From NCBI GenBank assembly GCA_016702545.1, contig JADJDT010000005.1:274991-338990 (forward strand): 64,000 nucleotides of DNA, read 5' to 3'. Origin of the DNA: Pseudomonadota bacterium (lineage in GTDB: Bacteria; Myxococcota_A; Polyangia; GCA-2747355). The position numbers and the translations under genes are program-made. The notes under the pieces are model-generated. The model saw only the letters and a program-made list of their open reading frames with translations, made no database searches and was not told the origin of the DNA. Below, in pieces: positions 50,069-63,153 of the stretch (position 1 is its first letter; every line of letters starts with the position of its first letter).

Positions 50069-51883
50069 ATGGTTATCAGAGGAAAATCACCCCGAGCGAC
50101 GGGCGGTGGCGACGGCGGCGCGCGTGGGCGGACGAGCGGCCGTCCCGGCGGCGGCCCGCTGAGCGCGGTACCGACGGTCATCGGCGAGCTCGAGGGCGCG
50201 GACGAACACGCCGGCGAGCTCGACGACGAGCTGCTCGACGAACAGGCGGAAGAGGGGGCGCTCGCCCCGCTCGAACGCCCCACGCCGGCCCCGGAAAACT
50301 CCAGCGACACATCGGACGGGCTCGACCCGGTGACGATGTACATGCGGCAGCTCAAGACCGTTCCGCTGCTGACGCGCGAGCAGGAGGTCGAGGCGGCGCA
50401 GCGGATCGAGGCCGCGCGGCGCGACCTGCTCGGTGCGGCGCTCGAGACCGCCGTGCTGGTCGACGAGCTGACCCAGCTCGCGCAGCGGCTGCGCAGCGGT
50501 GGGAGCCGCCGGCGAGCGCACGTGATGGACCTCGAGGCGATCGAGGAGCCGAGCGAGGAGACGGGTGAGCCCGCGGAGCACCGCGAGCGCCTGCTGCGCG
50601 TGATCGATGAGCTGCAGCCCTGCGACCGCCGCTACCACGACCTGCTGCTGGAGCACACGCGCCTGCCGCTCGATGCCAGCGCCCGCCGACAGGCGATCGA
50701 AGCCGAGCTACTCGCCCTGCGCCAGCAGATGCTGGACCGCGTGATGACCGTGGAGCTGCCCGAGGCGGTGTGGATCAACGCCATGCGGCGGATCACGGCG
50801 CTGGTGCGCCGCATCCAGCTGGCGCGCGAGGACATCAAGCGCATCGAGGGCCGCGCGCAGTTGACGGTGGCTCAGCTGCGCCGGCTGCTGCGCGAACGCC
50901 GGCGCAACCCGGCCGCCTTCGGCCTGCACGCGATCGCCACCGCCGAGCTCCCGCTGCAGTCGCTGGCGACGCGCGAGTTCCTCGTCGGAGGCGAGGTGGC
51001 GGATACCGAGCTGCAGGTCTTCGCCCAGCGCCTGCGCAACGCCCAGCGGCGCATGCGAGCGGTGGAGAAGCGCGCGCGCCTCGATGGCGCACGGTTGATC
51101 ACGGTGCAGCGCCAGATGGTCGAGGCGGAGCGCCGGGCCCAACGCGCCAAGGATGGCTTGGTGCTAGCCAACCAGCGCCTGGTGGTCCATGTGGCCAGTC
51201 GCTACGCCAACCGCGGGCTGGCCTTCCTCGAGCTGATCCAGGAGGGCAACCTCGGGCTGATGCGCGCGGTCGAGAAGTTCGACTGGCGGCGTGGCTACAA
51301 GTTCTCGACCTACGGCACCTGGTGGATTCGCCATGCCATCTCGCGCGCCATCGCCAACCAGACGCGCACCATCCGGCTGCCGGTGCACATCCGCGACGCG
51401 ATCCGCAAGCTGCTGCGCGAGAGCCAGCAGCTCGTGCTGGAGACCGGTCACGAGCCGACGATGGAGGAGCTGGCGCTGCGGCTGAACCTGGCCTTGCCGC
51501 GCGTGGTCGAGATCATGGAGGCGTCGCGCAAGACGCTGCGCTGGGAGCTGCCTGTCGGCGAGGAGGGCGAGTCGGAGCTGGGCACGCTGCTCTCCGACAT
51601 CGATGCCCCGTCGCCCTTCGATGAGGTCAGCGACCGCACCGAGTGGAAGCAGCTGATCGCCGGGCTCGATCGCCTGCGCGATCGCGAGCGCGACGTCCTG
51701 ACGCGGCGCTTCGGCCTCGGCGGCAAGGAGGCTCAGACGCTCGAGCAGGTCGGCCGCGACCTCGGCATCACGCGCGAGCGCGTGCGGCAGCTTCAAGTGC
51801 GCGCCCTGCGCCGGCTGCGCTCCGCGGTGCTCGGTCACGCCCCGGCGCTCGCCGACCTCGACCCGGGCCTCGACGAGCCCTGA
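50069..51883 (+). CDS. sigma-70 family sigma factor, RpoD-like (group 1/2)
   Basis: ATG 50069 lies inside the track ORF. It has an acidic region 1.1 and region 1.2 [23 protein letters not shown], followed by a long insert. Region 2 is [47 protein letters not shown] and region 4.2 is [28 protein letters not shown]. Confidence 0.85.
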   Translation: MVIRGKSPRATGGGDGGARGRTSGRPGGGPLSAVPTVIGELEGADEHAGELDDELLDEQAEEGALAPLERPTPAPENSSDTSDGLDPVTMYMRQLKTVPLLTREQEVEAAQRIEAARRDLLGAALETAVLVDELTQLAQRLRSGGSRRRAHVMDLEAIEEPSEETGEPAEHRERLLRVIDELQPCDRRYHDLLLEHTRLPLDASARRQAIEAELLALRQQMLDRVMTVELPEAVWINAMRRITALVRRIQLAREDIKRIEGRAQLTVAQLRRLLRERRRNPAAFGLHAIATAELPLQSLATREFLVGGEVADTELQVFAQRLRNAQRRMRAVEKRARLDGARLITVQRQMVEAERRAQRAKDGLVLANQRLVVHVASRYANRGLAFLELIQEGNLGLMRAVEKFDWRRGYKFSTYGTWWIRHAISRAIANQTRTIRLPVHIRDAIRKLLRESQQLVLETGHEPTMEELALRLNLALPRVVEIMEASRKTLRWELPVGEEGESELGTLLSDIDAPSPFDEVSDRTEWKQLIAGLDRLRDRERDVLTRRFGLGGKEAQTLEQVGRDLGITRERVRQLQVRALRRLRSAVLGHAPALADLDPGLDEP

Positions 51884-51941
51884 GGCCCGCGCTAGGCCCA
51901 AAGCAAGCGCGTCTCGCGCTCGGTTTGGGCCTAGCGAGGGC

Positions 51942-52077
51942 CTCAGGGGGCTTTCGCAAAGCCCCCTCGTCGCGGGGAGTGAATCCCCGCGACTTCACCC
52001 CATAACGCTCGCCCGGCGGTTCGTCTAGGCCGAGAATGAACGGCTTGCGCCAAAGCGCGCTTGTTTGGGCCCAGGCC
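51942..52077 (+). repeat. double-hairpin intergenic repeat element, copy B
   Basis: It has the same 61-nt core as 31988-32048 and a similar tail. It is flanked by the inverted sequences GGCCCAAAGCAAGCGCG (51895-51911) and CGCGCTTGTTTGGGCC (52055-52070). It sits between the convergent sigma-factor and hpf genes. Confidence 0.85.
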
Positions 52078-52430
52078 TAGTCCGGTTGCGGCCGCGCCAT
52101 GACCCGCTCGCGCCGCTGCTCGACGAAGTGGGTCAGCTCGCGCTGGGCGTGGTCGAAGGCGTCACCCACGGCGCGGGTCAGGTTGACGTGGCCATGGTGC
52201 TCGGACGGCTGCCGGCTGGCCACCACCTCGGCGCCAGGTAGCTCGACGGCCACGCGGACGTGATACTGGCGTCCCTTGAGGTGGTGGCGGTGTGGCACCT
52301 CGACCAGCACCTGCACGCCCATGATCCTCTCCGAGAGGCGCGCGAGCTTCTCCACGCGACGCTCGATCAACCGCTCCACCCGCGGCATCGGCCGCGTCTG
52401 ACGGAAGGTCACCTGCACAGGAAGGTTCAT
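52077..52430 (-). CDS. hpf: ribosome hibernation factor, HPF/RaiA family (short form)
   Basis: AGGAGG sits upstream of ATG 52430. MNLPVQVTFRQTRPMPRVERLIERRVEKLARLSERIMGVQVLVEVPHRHHLKGRQYHVRVAVELPGAEVV matches the HPF/YfiA pattern. Confidence 0.75.
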   Translation of the reverse strand: MNLPVQVTFRQTRPMPRVERLIERRVEKLARLSERIMGVQVLVEVPHRHHLKGRQYHVRVAVELPGAEVVASRQPSEHHGHVNLTRAVGDAFDHAQRELTHFVEQRRERVMARPQPD

Positions 52431-53260
52431 CAACACGCACCTCCTTTGGCCCACTCGACGCCCCTGACGGTGTCGACAGCCCCGACGCTTGGGGCCCTGA
52501 CGCTGTAAGACTGCCAGGCTTCGGGCCGCCGCCTTGCTGGGAGGGAGCCAGCACCGGGGCTGGTCTGGGCTCGCGGCCCGAAGCCTCTACGACCGGGGGA
52601 TCTCCACCTCTGCTGCATCGCGTCGCCGCCTCGCTGAATGTCGACTGACCCCCCTTCGCTCTGGTTGCCACCCACCCTCACGCGGCGCGCCACGCGCGGA
52701 ACCCAGACAATGACGTCCTTGCAACGTCGTCCCACGGAGATCCGCCCTAACCTCAAGACGCCGCCGCTGCTTCCTGCTGACGGACGGCGCCGGCAGTCGC
52801 AGCGGGGTATAGCAAGCGCCGTTCCGCGGCCTGTCGGACCGCGGCGAGGAACGCGACCGATGCCCATCGGGCTGATTTCATGGGCCATCGCTCGGGCGGT
52901 GCGGCGCGGTCTCGCGGCCGGCAGCACCCTACACCGGCCAGGAGCCGCCCCTCCCCACCGACAGGCGTGTCGTTCTGCGCCCTGGTAGGGGCCGCACACC
53001 GCCGCACGCAGACCCCTGCAGGGGCACCCCTGAGGTCGCCAGCGCACTGAATACACGAGCCTTCGTGGGCCCGCAGGGCCAGGGGCCCGAGCGCCCGGGC
53101 GGTAAGAGGCCTGGGTGGCCAAACGACCCTGTCGATCGCGGCCCGGCTGAGTCGCCGGCGTCAAAGGGCCATGGTACCGTGGCGCGGCAGCCGCCCAACG
53201 AGGAGTGCGCATGCCGATCGCGTGGTTCGCGGCGGGCCCTGGGGCCCATGGCACCCCTGG

Positions 53261-54722
53261 ATGAAGGCCAAGGGCGCCCCGGAGACCGCTGCTCCGAAGC
53301 GACGCTCGGTCGTCGCCGGTGTGCTGCGGCCACGCCGGCGATCGACCTGGCGGCGGGAGCTCGTGCAACAGGGCTGCCTGATCGAGCTGGCGCGCGCCGC
53401 CCTCGAGGGGCTCGAGCTGCAGCCACTGCTGCATGAGGCGACCAGCGCTTCGCGGTCGGCCTCGGCGTCGACCTCGCGGGCGTCTGGACGCTCGACGACG
53501 CCGGGCGCGAGCTGCGGCTGGCGGTGGCCACCGGCTGGCCGCAGGCGGCCATCGGCAGCCATCACGTCACCATCGACGATGGCTCACACCTGGCGCTGGC
53601 GGCGGCCTGCGCCACGCCCCACGCCCTGGTGGCCGAGGACCTGGCGGCCGGCGGCGAGGCGGGCGATACGGCGCTGCTGGTCGAGCCCGGCGCGCGCAGC
53701 GCGGTGGCCGTGATGGTCCACCAGCTCGGACGGCCCTTCGCGCTGCTGGCCGCCCACAGCCGGCGCCGCCGCCGCTTCGCCGAGGCCGATCTACGCTTCG
53801 TCGAGGCCACGGCCGAGCTGCTCGGCGCGGCGCTCGGCTGGCGGCAGCGACAGGACGCCCTGCGGGACTGGCAGCGCCGGCTGCTGGGCGGCGTGGTCAC
53901 GACCTCGTCGAGCGCCGCGGGATGGCCACGACGCTCTCGCGGGTGGAGGCGCGCAATCGCGCGCTGGAGCAGGAGCACGACGAGCTCGAGCGCATCGCCG
54001 TCGCCGGCGAGCTGGCCGGCATCATGGCGCACGAGGTGCGCACCCCCCTCAACGCCCTGGCGATCAACGCGCAGCTCGCCGAGCGCGCCCTGCGCCGCGG
54101 GGCGGCCGACGACATCGGCCGGGCGCTCGAGCTGCTGGGCATGCTGCGCGGTGAGATCGAGCGTATCAACGGCCTGCTGCACGAGTACCTGCAGGTGTTG
54201 CGGCGGCCGGCAGGACATCCGCCGCGACGCTTCTCGCTGCCGCAGGCGCTGCGCGACGCGCTGCGCTTCGTCGAGCCGAAGGCCCGCGACTGCCAGGTCC
54301 AGCTCGAGCTGACGCTGGCGCCGGAGGTCGACGAGCTGGTGGGTGACGAGGCCCGGCTGCGCCAGGTCTTGCTCAACATCGTGCTGAATGCGATCCAGGC
54401 GATGCCCCGCGGCGGCACGGTGCAGCTGAGCACGGCCCGCGCGGAGGACGAGGTGCGGATCGTGATTCAGGACACCGGCCCCGGCATCGCCTCGGAGGCG
54501 ATCAACCGCATTTTTCAACCCTTCGTCACGACCAAGGATCAGGGCACGGGGCTGGGACTGGCGATCTGCAGTCGTCTGGTGCGAGAAATGGGTGGCACAA
54601 TCGAGGTCGCATCGCGGCCCGGGCAGGGGGCCTGCTTCGAGATCCGCCTGCCAATCGAGGCCCCGCCGGCACCGGCCGGCGGCACGCGGTCGTGGCCCGA
54701 CGAGCCGACGACCGCGGACTGA
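53261..54722 (+). CDS. GAF-domain sensor histidine kinase; two 1-nt frame breaks (about 53449 and 53893)
   Basis: Three track ORFs each supply a sensible piece. Frame 2 gives ...LIELARAALEGLELQPLLHEATSA. Frame 1 gives FAVGLGVDLAGVWTLDDAG...GAF...LRDWQRRLLGG. Frame 3 gives HDLVERR...H-box HEVRTPLNAL, N-box LLNIVLNAIQA, G1 DTGPGI and G2 GTGLGLAI. Confidence 0.7.
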
Positions 54723-54742
54723 CAGGCAGGGAGCGCGACGAG

Positions 54743-55315
54743 ATGGCGCAGCGAGACATCGACGGAGACATCGACCCCGGCGGCGCGGCGGTGGCGCGCA
54801 CGGCCGTGCCGGCGGCGTCGGTCTACGAGCAGATCCGGCGCAGCGCGGGCCGTCGCGTGGGCGACATCATGACCACCGAGGTGGTCACGATCGACGCCAC
54901 GGCCAACCTGGCGCTGGCCGACGAGCTGATGCGGCTCGGGCGCTTCCGGCACCTGCCAGTGCTGCAGGACGGACACCTGGTCGGGTTGGTCACGCATCGT
55001 GACCTGCTGCGCGCGCTGGCCGACGCGTTCCGCGACTTCGCCGGCCTCGAGCGCGCCTGGCTCGGCGCGCGCCGCGTGGCACAATCGCTCCGCGCTGAGC
55101 AGATCATGGCGCGCACGGTGCTCACGATTCACCCGGACGCGACGGTGTTGCAGGCCGCCCACCTTCTGCGGCACAACAAGTTCGGTTGTCTGCCGGTGTT
55201 GGCCGACGGGCGACTGCTCGGGATCGTGACCGAGGCCGATTTCCTGGAGTTGGCGATCACCGCACTGAGCGAAAAGGCCGAGGGCGGCGCAACGGAGGAC
55301 TCGCATGCACGTTGA
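54743..55315 (+). CDS. CBS-pair domain protein
   Basis: GGGAG sits upstream of ATG 54743. There are two CBS motifs (IMTTEVVTIDATANLALADELM...HLPVLQDGHLVGLVTHRDLL and IMARTVLTIHPDATVLQAAHLL...CLPVLADGRLLGIVTEADFL). Confidence 0.75.
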   Translation: MAQRDIDGDIDPGGAAVARTAVPAASVYEQIRRSAGRRVGDIMTTEVVTIDATANLALADELMRLGRFRHLPVLQDGHLVGLVTHRDLLRALADAFRDFAGLERAWLGARRVAQSLRAEQIMARTVLTIHPDATVLQAAHLLRHNKFGCLPVLADGRLLGIVTEADFLELAITALSEKAEGGATEDSHAR

Positions 55316-55979
55316 ACAGCTGGTGCTGCGGCGCGTGATGCAGTGGGAGGAGCAGGCGAAGCGGACGCCGCGTCTCGGCGGCGTGGCCCAGCAGCCCGTG
55401 ATCACGATCTCGCGCAACTGCGGCGCCCACGGCCACGAGGTCGGCCAGCGCGTCGCGCAACGCCTGGGGCTCAATCTCTACGATCGCGAGCTCGTCGAGC
55501 AGATCGCCGAGCACGCCCAGGTGCGGGAGAAGGTCGTCGAGTCACTCGACGATCGGCTGCGCGATCGCATCTCCAACTGGGTCGGCGAGCAGTTCGAGAG
55601 CTGCTACTTCAGCTACAGCGATTACCTGCGCAACCTCTCCCGCGTGGTGCTGACGATCGCCGAGCAGGAGCGCGCGGTGATCGTCGGACGCGGCGCGCAC
55701 CTGATGCTGCAGCCGGAGCGCACGCTGCGGGTGCGGATCCAGGCGCCCCTCGAGCTGCGCATCGAGCGCCTCGTCACCGAGCGCGGGCTGAGCGAGCGCG
55801 AGGCGCGCGCGGAGGTGCTGCGGGTCGATGCCGAGCGCGCCGCGTTCGTGCGCCGGCACTTCGCCCAGGATGTCGCCCTCAGCGATCACTATGACCTGCT
55901 GCTCAACACCGCCGCGCTGGACGATGACCTCTGCGCCGACCTGGTGGCCGAGGCCTTCCGGCGCCGCTTCGGTAGCTGA
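55305..55979 (+). CDS. cytidylate-kinase-like family protein
   Basis: PVITISRNCGAHGHEVGQRVAQRLGLNLYDRELV...VIVGRGAHLML...YDLLLNT fits the Cytidylate_kin2-type pattern as I recall it. It overlaps the upstream CBS gene by 11 nt. Confidence 0.65.
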   Translation: MHVEQLVLRRVMQWEEQAKRTPRLGGVAQQPVITISRNCGAHGHEVGQRVAQRLGLNLYDRELVEQIAEHAQVREKVVESLDDRLRDRISNWVGEQFESCYFSYSDYLRNLSRVVLTIAEQERAVIVGRGAHLMLQPERTLRVRIQAPLELRIERLVTERGLSEREARAEVLRVDAERAAFVRRHFAQDVALSDHYDLLLNTAALDDDLCADLVAEAFRRRFGS

Positions 55980-56061
55980 GCGACCCCAAAGCACTGCGAA
56001 GCCCACTGCGACCAACCCCCACGCTTGCAACACGGCGCGCGTCCCGCGCCGAGGATGGCTG

Positions 56062-57650
<1,589 letters not shown>

Positions 57651-57654
<4 letters not shown>

Positions 57655-58832
57655 AGCCGCGCGCTGCCCCCGAGCGGATCACAGCCGCCCGTGAAGCCCT
57701 TGGCGCTGAAGGGCACCGTGGCCTGGCCGGTGAGATTGCGCCAGCGCGCGACGATCGTCAGGTTGTGGACCCCTGCGCGCTTGGGGCTGCAGTAGGAGAG
57801 CGTGTAGTAGCTGGAGGCCGCGCGCGCCAGGCGCTGCCCGATCGCGCGGAAGGCGCCCCCGAGCTGCGTCCCCTCCAGAGCGGTGGCGAAGCCGTCGGGA
57901 CCCAGGGCGCTCAGCTCGGCGCTGTTGATCTCCGAGCCGAGACCGATGGTGAAGAACGCGTAGCCCGGCGGCATGCGCCGCATCGTGGCGACGGCCTGAC
58001 GCGCCTGGGGGCCGGTCTTGAGCCCCGCGTGGTCGGTGCCGTCGGTGAAGAGCACCATGAAGCCGGCGCTCTCGACCGGCGTCGTGGCGAGCTGTCGCCG
58101 CGCATCGAGCACGTCGATCCCCTGCAGCACGGCGCCGTAGAGGTTGGTGGAGGGGTCGACGACCCGATAGCCGTTCAGTCCGGCCACGGCCCCGCGTAGG
58201 CTCTCCTTGCTGAAGGTGAAGTCCTGCCGGCGCTGCAGCGTGGTCCGACCGTCGAAGGAGTAGATCGCCGCCTCGCTCTCCTCGGGCAGCTCGTCGATCA
58301 GCGCCTGCGCGGCATCCTGCAGCGCGTCGATCTGGGTCACGACACTGCCGCTGAGGTCGAGCAGCAGCGCGGTGAAGAAGTCGAACTGCCGCGGCGCGGC
58401 GACCAGGCGGTGATCGCTCTCGGTGGCCGAGAGCGGCTGGCCGTCCTCGCTGAGCGTGAAGTCGACCTCGTCGAGGCCATCGACGGGCTCGCCGGCGGTG
58501 GTCTGCACCTGGAACTTCACGACCACCCGGCTGGGGTTCTCGCTGACGGGCTTGCCCGAGAAGCGCAACGTCAGCCCGCTCCCGGCGGCGCCGTCGCGCA
58601 CCCCACCGTCGAGAGACGACGGCGAGAACCCGTGAAACGGATTCTCGCCGCAGGCGGTCAGCCCCGCGAGGGCGATCCCGAGCGCGAGAGATGAAAGGGT
58701 GGCACGCCTTGGATCGTCGGCGGCGGCAAGGCCGCGTCGAACGATTCCGCGTGCCGCATGGCAAGCGCAGTCGCCAGCGAGAGCAGCGTGCGCGGAGCGC
58801 GCAGCCGGGCGCACAACTGGGCGGGACATCAT
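57651..58832 (-). CDS. von Willebrand factor A domain lipoprotein
   Basis: GAGGAG sits upstream of ATG 58832. Lipobox LAGLTAC. The MIDAS motif is LLLDLSGSV and the VWA core is ...AIYSFDGRT...MVLFTDGTDH. The upstream part of track ORF 57651..59264 is GC-tract junk. Confidence 0.75.
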
Positions 58833-59050
58833 GGCGATCTCCTCGACGACGGCCCCGAACCGCACCCCGCGGCCCCGTGCCGAAGGGCGGGTCGAAGCAA
58901 AGGCCGGGAGGCGCCCTCCACCACCCACCCCCCCCCACCACCCACCAACACCACCACCCTCACCGCGACACCGGCAAGGGGCCGTCGCAACGGCAGGCGG
59001 GCCTCCCAGAACGCGCGCTCCTGGCACCCCGCACGCGAGCTCAGGGGTAA

Positions 59051-59241
59051 GCGGGCGGCGCGGGGGCCCCCCCGGGGGGCCCCCGGCCGGGGCGGGGGCG
59101 GGCCCCGGGGCCCGGGGGCGGGCGGGGGGGGGCCGGGGGGGCCCGACGGCCCCGGGCCCGGGGGGGGGCCCCCGGGGGGCCCCCCGGGGGGCCGGCCCCC
59201 GGGGGGGGGGGGGCCGGGGGGGCCCCCCCCCCGGGGGCCGC
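59051..59241. repeat. G/C-only low-complexity tract 1 (alternating G-runs and C-runs)
   Basis: 191 nt contain a single A (59146) and no T. It is built from runs such as GGGGGCCCCCCC, GGGGGGCCCCC and G13 (59201-59213). Confidence 0.9.
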
Positions 59242-59535
59242 TGGGGCGGCCCACGGACCTGCAAACCGGGGCTCGACAGCCGCGGCCGCCTGCGGGCGCT
59301 GGGGCTGACTCAGGGGGCCGCCACTCCGCCTTGCGCCTCGGTGATCGTTCACGGCGGGGCCGCGGGGGGGGGGGGGGGATGATCATCCCCGCCGCGATCG
59401 GCGCCCTCGACGATTGGGTGTGACTCTTCAAGGGGCCCACCCCCAAGTCCGGCGCACGAACGGGCGGAGGTGCGCCGCGCGAGCTGCCTGGTCGCGCTCG
59501 CGTGCAGGGGGCCGGCCCGCCCCGTGCCCCGCCGA

Positions 59536-59776
59536 GCGGCCCGGCGGGGGGGGCGCGCGCGGCGGCGGCCGCCCGCGGGCCCCCCGCCCCCCCGCCGCGC
59601 CCGGCGCCCCCGCCGGGCCGGGCCCCCCGGGGCGGCGCCGCCCGGCCGGCCGCCCCCCCCCCCCCCCGCCCCGCCGCCGGCGCCCCCGCCCGCCGGGGGC
59701 CCGGCGGCCCGGCGCCGGGGCCCCCCCCCGGGCGGGCGCCCCCCCCCGGCCCCCCCCGCCCCCGCGCGCGGGCCCG
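59536..59776. repeat. G/C-only low-complexity tract 2 (C-rich on the plus strand)
   Basis: 241 consecutive nt have no A or T and include C15 at 59653-59667. It begins 57 nt downstream of the dapE stop on the minus strand. Confidence 0.9.
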
Positions 59777-59832
59777 TGAGCCGAGCTTCGCCTGCAATGG
59801 CGCGCATTGAGGGCCGTGAACGATTACGCGCC

Positions 59833-60899
59833 TCAGTCGCTGCGGGTGGCCAGGAAGCGGCGGAAGAGCTGTTCACCGGCCTCGAGCAGGGCGATCGAGG
59901 TCGACTCGTTGGGTTGGTGGGCTTGGGCGTTTTCGCCGGAGCCCCAGTTGACGGCGTCGATGCCGGCGGCGGTGAGGCGGGCGACGTCGGTCCAGGCTTG
60001 CTTGGGCGCCGGCGGCGTGTCGCAGACGCGGCGGAAGGCGGCCAGCACGGGGTTGTCGAGCGGGATGGCCCCCGAAGGACAGCAATCGACGAAGGCGAGG
60101 CTGGCGTGCGCGTCGTCCACCAGCTCGCAGACGCGCCGCTCGGCCGACTCGATCGAGCGGCCGGGGGCGAAGCGGTAGTTGAGGTTGAGCGTGAAGCGAT
60201 CGGGGACGACGTTGCGCGCGGTGCCGCCGTGAGCCAGCGTGGCCGAGATGACCTCGCGGTAGGTCAGCTCGCCGAAGCTCACCGGCTCGGGCTGGAGCGC
60301 GGCGAGCCGCGTCAGCAGCGTGCCGGCGCGATGAATGGCGTTGTCGCCCTGCCAGGGCCGCGCGCTGTGGGCCGGGCGCCCGGCGAAGGTCACCTCGGCC
60401 TGCAGCGAGCCCAGGCAGCCGAGCTGCAGCACGTTGTCGCTGGGCTCCAGGCAGAAGGCCAGGTCGATTTCGGCCAGCCAGTCGAGCTGCTCGAGCAACG
60501 GGCCGAGGCCGCTCTGAGCGTAGGCGCCCTCCTCGCCGTCGTAGAACAGAAAGGCCAGGTCGTAGGCGGCATCGGGCACAGGCTCGGCGAGGAGCTGCCA
60601 CATCAGGGCCAGGCCGCTCTTCATGTCGGAGGCGCCGAGGCCCCAGACGCGGCCCTCGGCCACGCGTGGCGGGTTGTAGGCCGAGGGCGGCACCGTGTCG
60701 AGGTGGCCGACCAGCGCCACCAGCCGCTCGTGGCGCCGCTCGCGCGGGAAGAGCGCGAAGGCGTTGCCCACGCGCTCGAGCCCGTGCGTGCCGCTGTGGC
60801 TCAGCTCGGCGACCAGGAAGTCGCAGAGCGCGCGCTCGTGGCCGGTGACGCTATCGAGGCGCACGAGCGTGAGCAGGCGTTCGACGAGGTCCATCGCCA

Positions 60900-60900
<1 letters not shown>
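59833..60900 (-). CDS. dapE: succinyl-diaminopimelate desuccinylase (M20 peptidase family)
   Basis: ATG 60900 overlaps the dapD TGA. M20 motifs are VGHLDTVP, GASDMKSG and YDGEEG. The call is also supported by operon context with dapD. Confidence 0.8.
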
Positions 60901-61756
<856 letters not shown>

Positions 61757-61760
<4 letters not shown>

Positions 61761-62924
61761 GGGGCAGCACTCCTGGGGATCAGCTCGCGCCAGCAGGCGA
61801 TGGCGCGCGCGCAGTCGGTTTCGGTCGGCACGAGGGCCAAGCGCACATAGGGTTGCTCGACGCCGAGGTTCGAGGCCGGGCTGACGAGGATGCCCGCTCG
61901 CTCGGCCAGCTCGGCGGCGTAGCGGCGCGGGTCGGCGTCGCCGGGCGTCCGCAGCCAAAGATAGAAGGTCGCGCTGCAGGGCGCGCAGGCGAGGCCGACC
62001 TCGGCGAAGAAGCGCGTGAAGAGCTCGCGCTTGCGGCGGAAGAGGGCGCGGCGCGCGGCCGCGTGCGCATCGTCGCGCCAGGCCCAGGCGGCCGCGGCCT
62101 GCACCATCGTCGAGCTGGCCACGCCGAAGTTGGCGCGCGCCCGCCGCAGCGCCCCGATCAGCTGCGGATCGCCGGCGATGAAGCCCGCGCGGTAGCCGGT
62201 CATGCCCGAGCGCTTGGACAGCGAATGGAAGACCAGCACGCCCTCGCGCGCGACCTCGAGCAGCGAGGGCGGCGGCTCGCCGTCGAGGTAGAGATCGACG
62301 TAGCACTCGTCACTGCAGAGCAGGATGTCGTGGCGCCGGCAGAGCTCCGCCAGCCGCGCGAGGTAGTCGCGGTCGACGGTCGCGCCGGTCGGGTTGTGCG
62401 GGTAGTTGATCCACAACACCGCGGTCTCGGCGAGCGCGGCCGCGGGCAGCTCCCAGGGCTCGAGGCGATAACCCTGCTCCGCGCGCAGCTCGACCGCCCA
62501 GGGCTCACCGCCCGCGAAGCGCGTGCCACGCGCTCGTAGACCGGATAGCCGGCGTGCCGAAGAGCACGCGGCGCGGGCCGCGCGGGTCGAGGAAGGCCAG
62601 TGGCAGGTGGAAGATCGCCTCCTTCGAGCCCGCGCTCGGCAGCAGCTCGCGCGCCGGATCGAGCGTGACGCCGAAGCGCCGCGCGACCCACTCGGCGCAG
62701 GCCGCGCGCCCGTCGTCCTCGCCGGCGATCGTCGGGTACTGGCTGACCGCGGGCACGGCGCCCTGGAAGGCCGCCACGATCCGCGGGTCCGTCGGCTCGA
62801 GCGGATCGCCGACCGAGAAGTCGAAGACCTCGCGCTCCGCCGCCAAGAGCGCGCGCTTCTCGGCGTGCAGCGCCTCGGCCGGATAGGCCCCCAGGGTGCT
62901 CAGCAGCGGGTTGAGCGTCGGCAT
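61757..62924 (-). CDS. dapC: class I aminotransferase, probable succinyldiaminopimelate transaminase; two frame breaks (about 62550 and 62525)
   Basis: Track ORF 62505..62924 gives the N-terminus (...FDFSVGDPLEPTDP...SQYPT...). GYPVYER lies in a second frame. Track ORF 61757..62419 gives LWINYPHNPTG...FHSLSKRSGMTGYRAGF (PLP lysine motif). Confidence 0.7.
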
Positions 62925-63153
62925 CGCCCGCGGAAGATAGCCGAGGACCCCCGGCGCGCGCCAGGCGCCTGTTGGGTTCTCGCGCCGATCCAGAGCGCCG
63001 CGGCTTGCGCCACTACGCGCTGTGGCATAGCTTCGCTGGGGCTAGCGCAGCGACCGGGCAAGGGGGCTGGCGCGCTCGTTCCGCGTGCGGGGCTCGCGCC
63101 GCGCTTCGGAGCCCTGGCCTTCGGCGCTCCGTCGGAGAGGATCGACGACGCTC

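Noticed and set aside
52431-53260. RNase P RNA, tmRNA, SRP RNA or 6S RNA in the long non-coding gap
   Set aside because: I looked on both strands for GGAAAGTCCGG, ACAGAACCCGGCTTA, a tRNA-like T-arm followed by CCACCA, and the SRP GGAA/AGCA motifs. None is present. I cannot exclude a less conserved sRNA.
52430-53434. 334-aa minus-strand ORF and neighbours filling the hpf-kinase gap
   Set aside because: The composition is Trp/Arg/Pro-rich with no recognisable motif. It overlaps the hpf start and the kinase N-terminus. The region is treated as non-coding.
58829-59797. Pro/Gly/Arg-rich ORFs across the G/C-only tracts (e.g. 58829..59797 minus, 59414..59779 plus, 59470..60951 plus)
   Set aside because: With no A or T there can be no stop codon in any frame, so ORF length carries no information. 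No start context, signal peptide or motif supports any of them.
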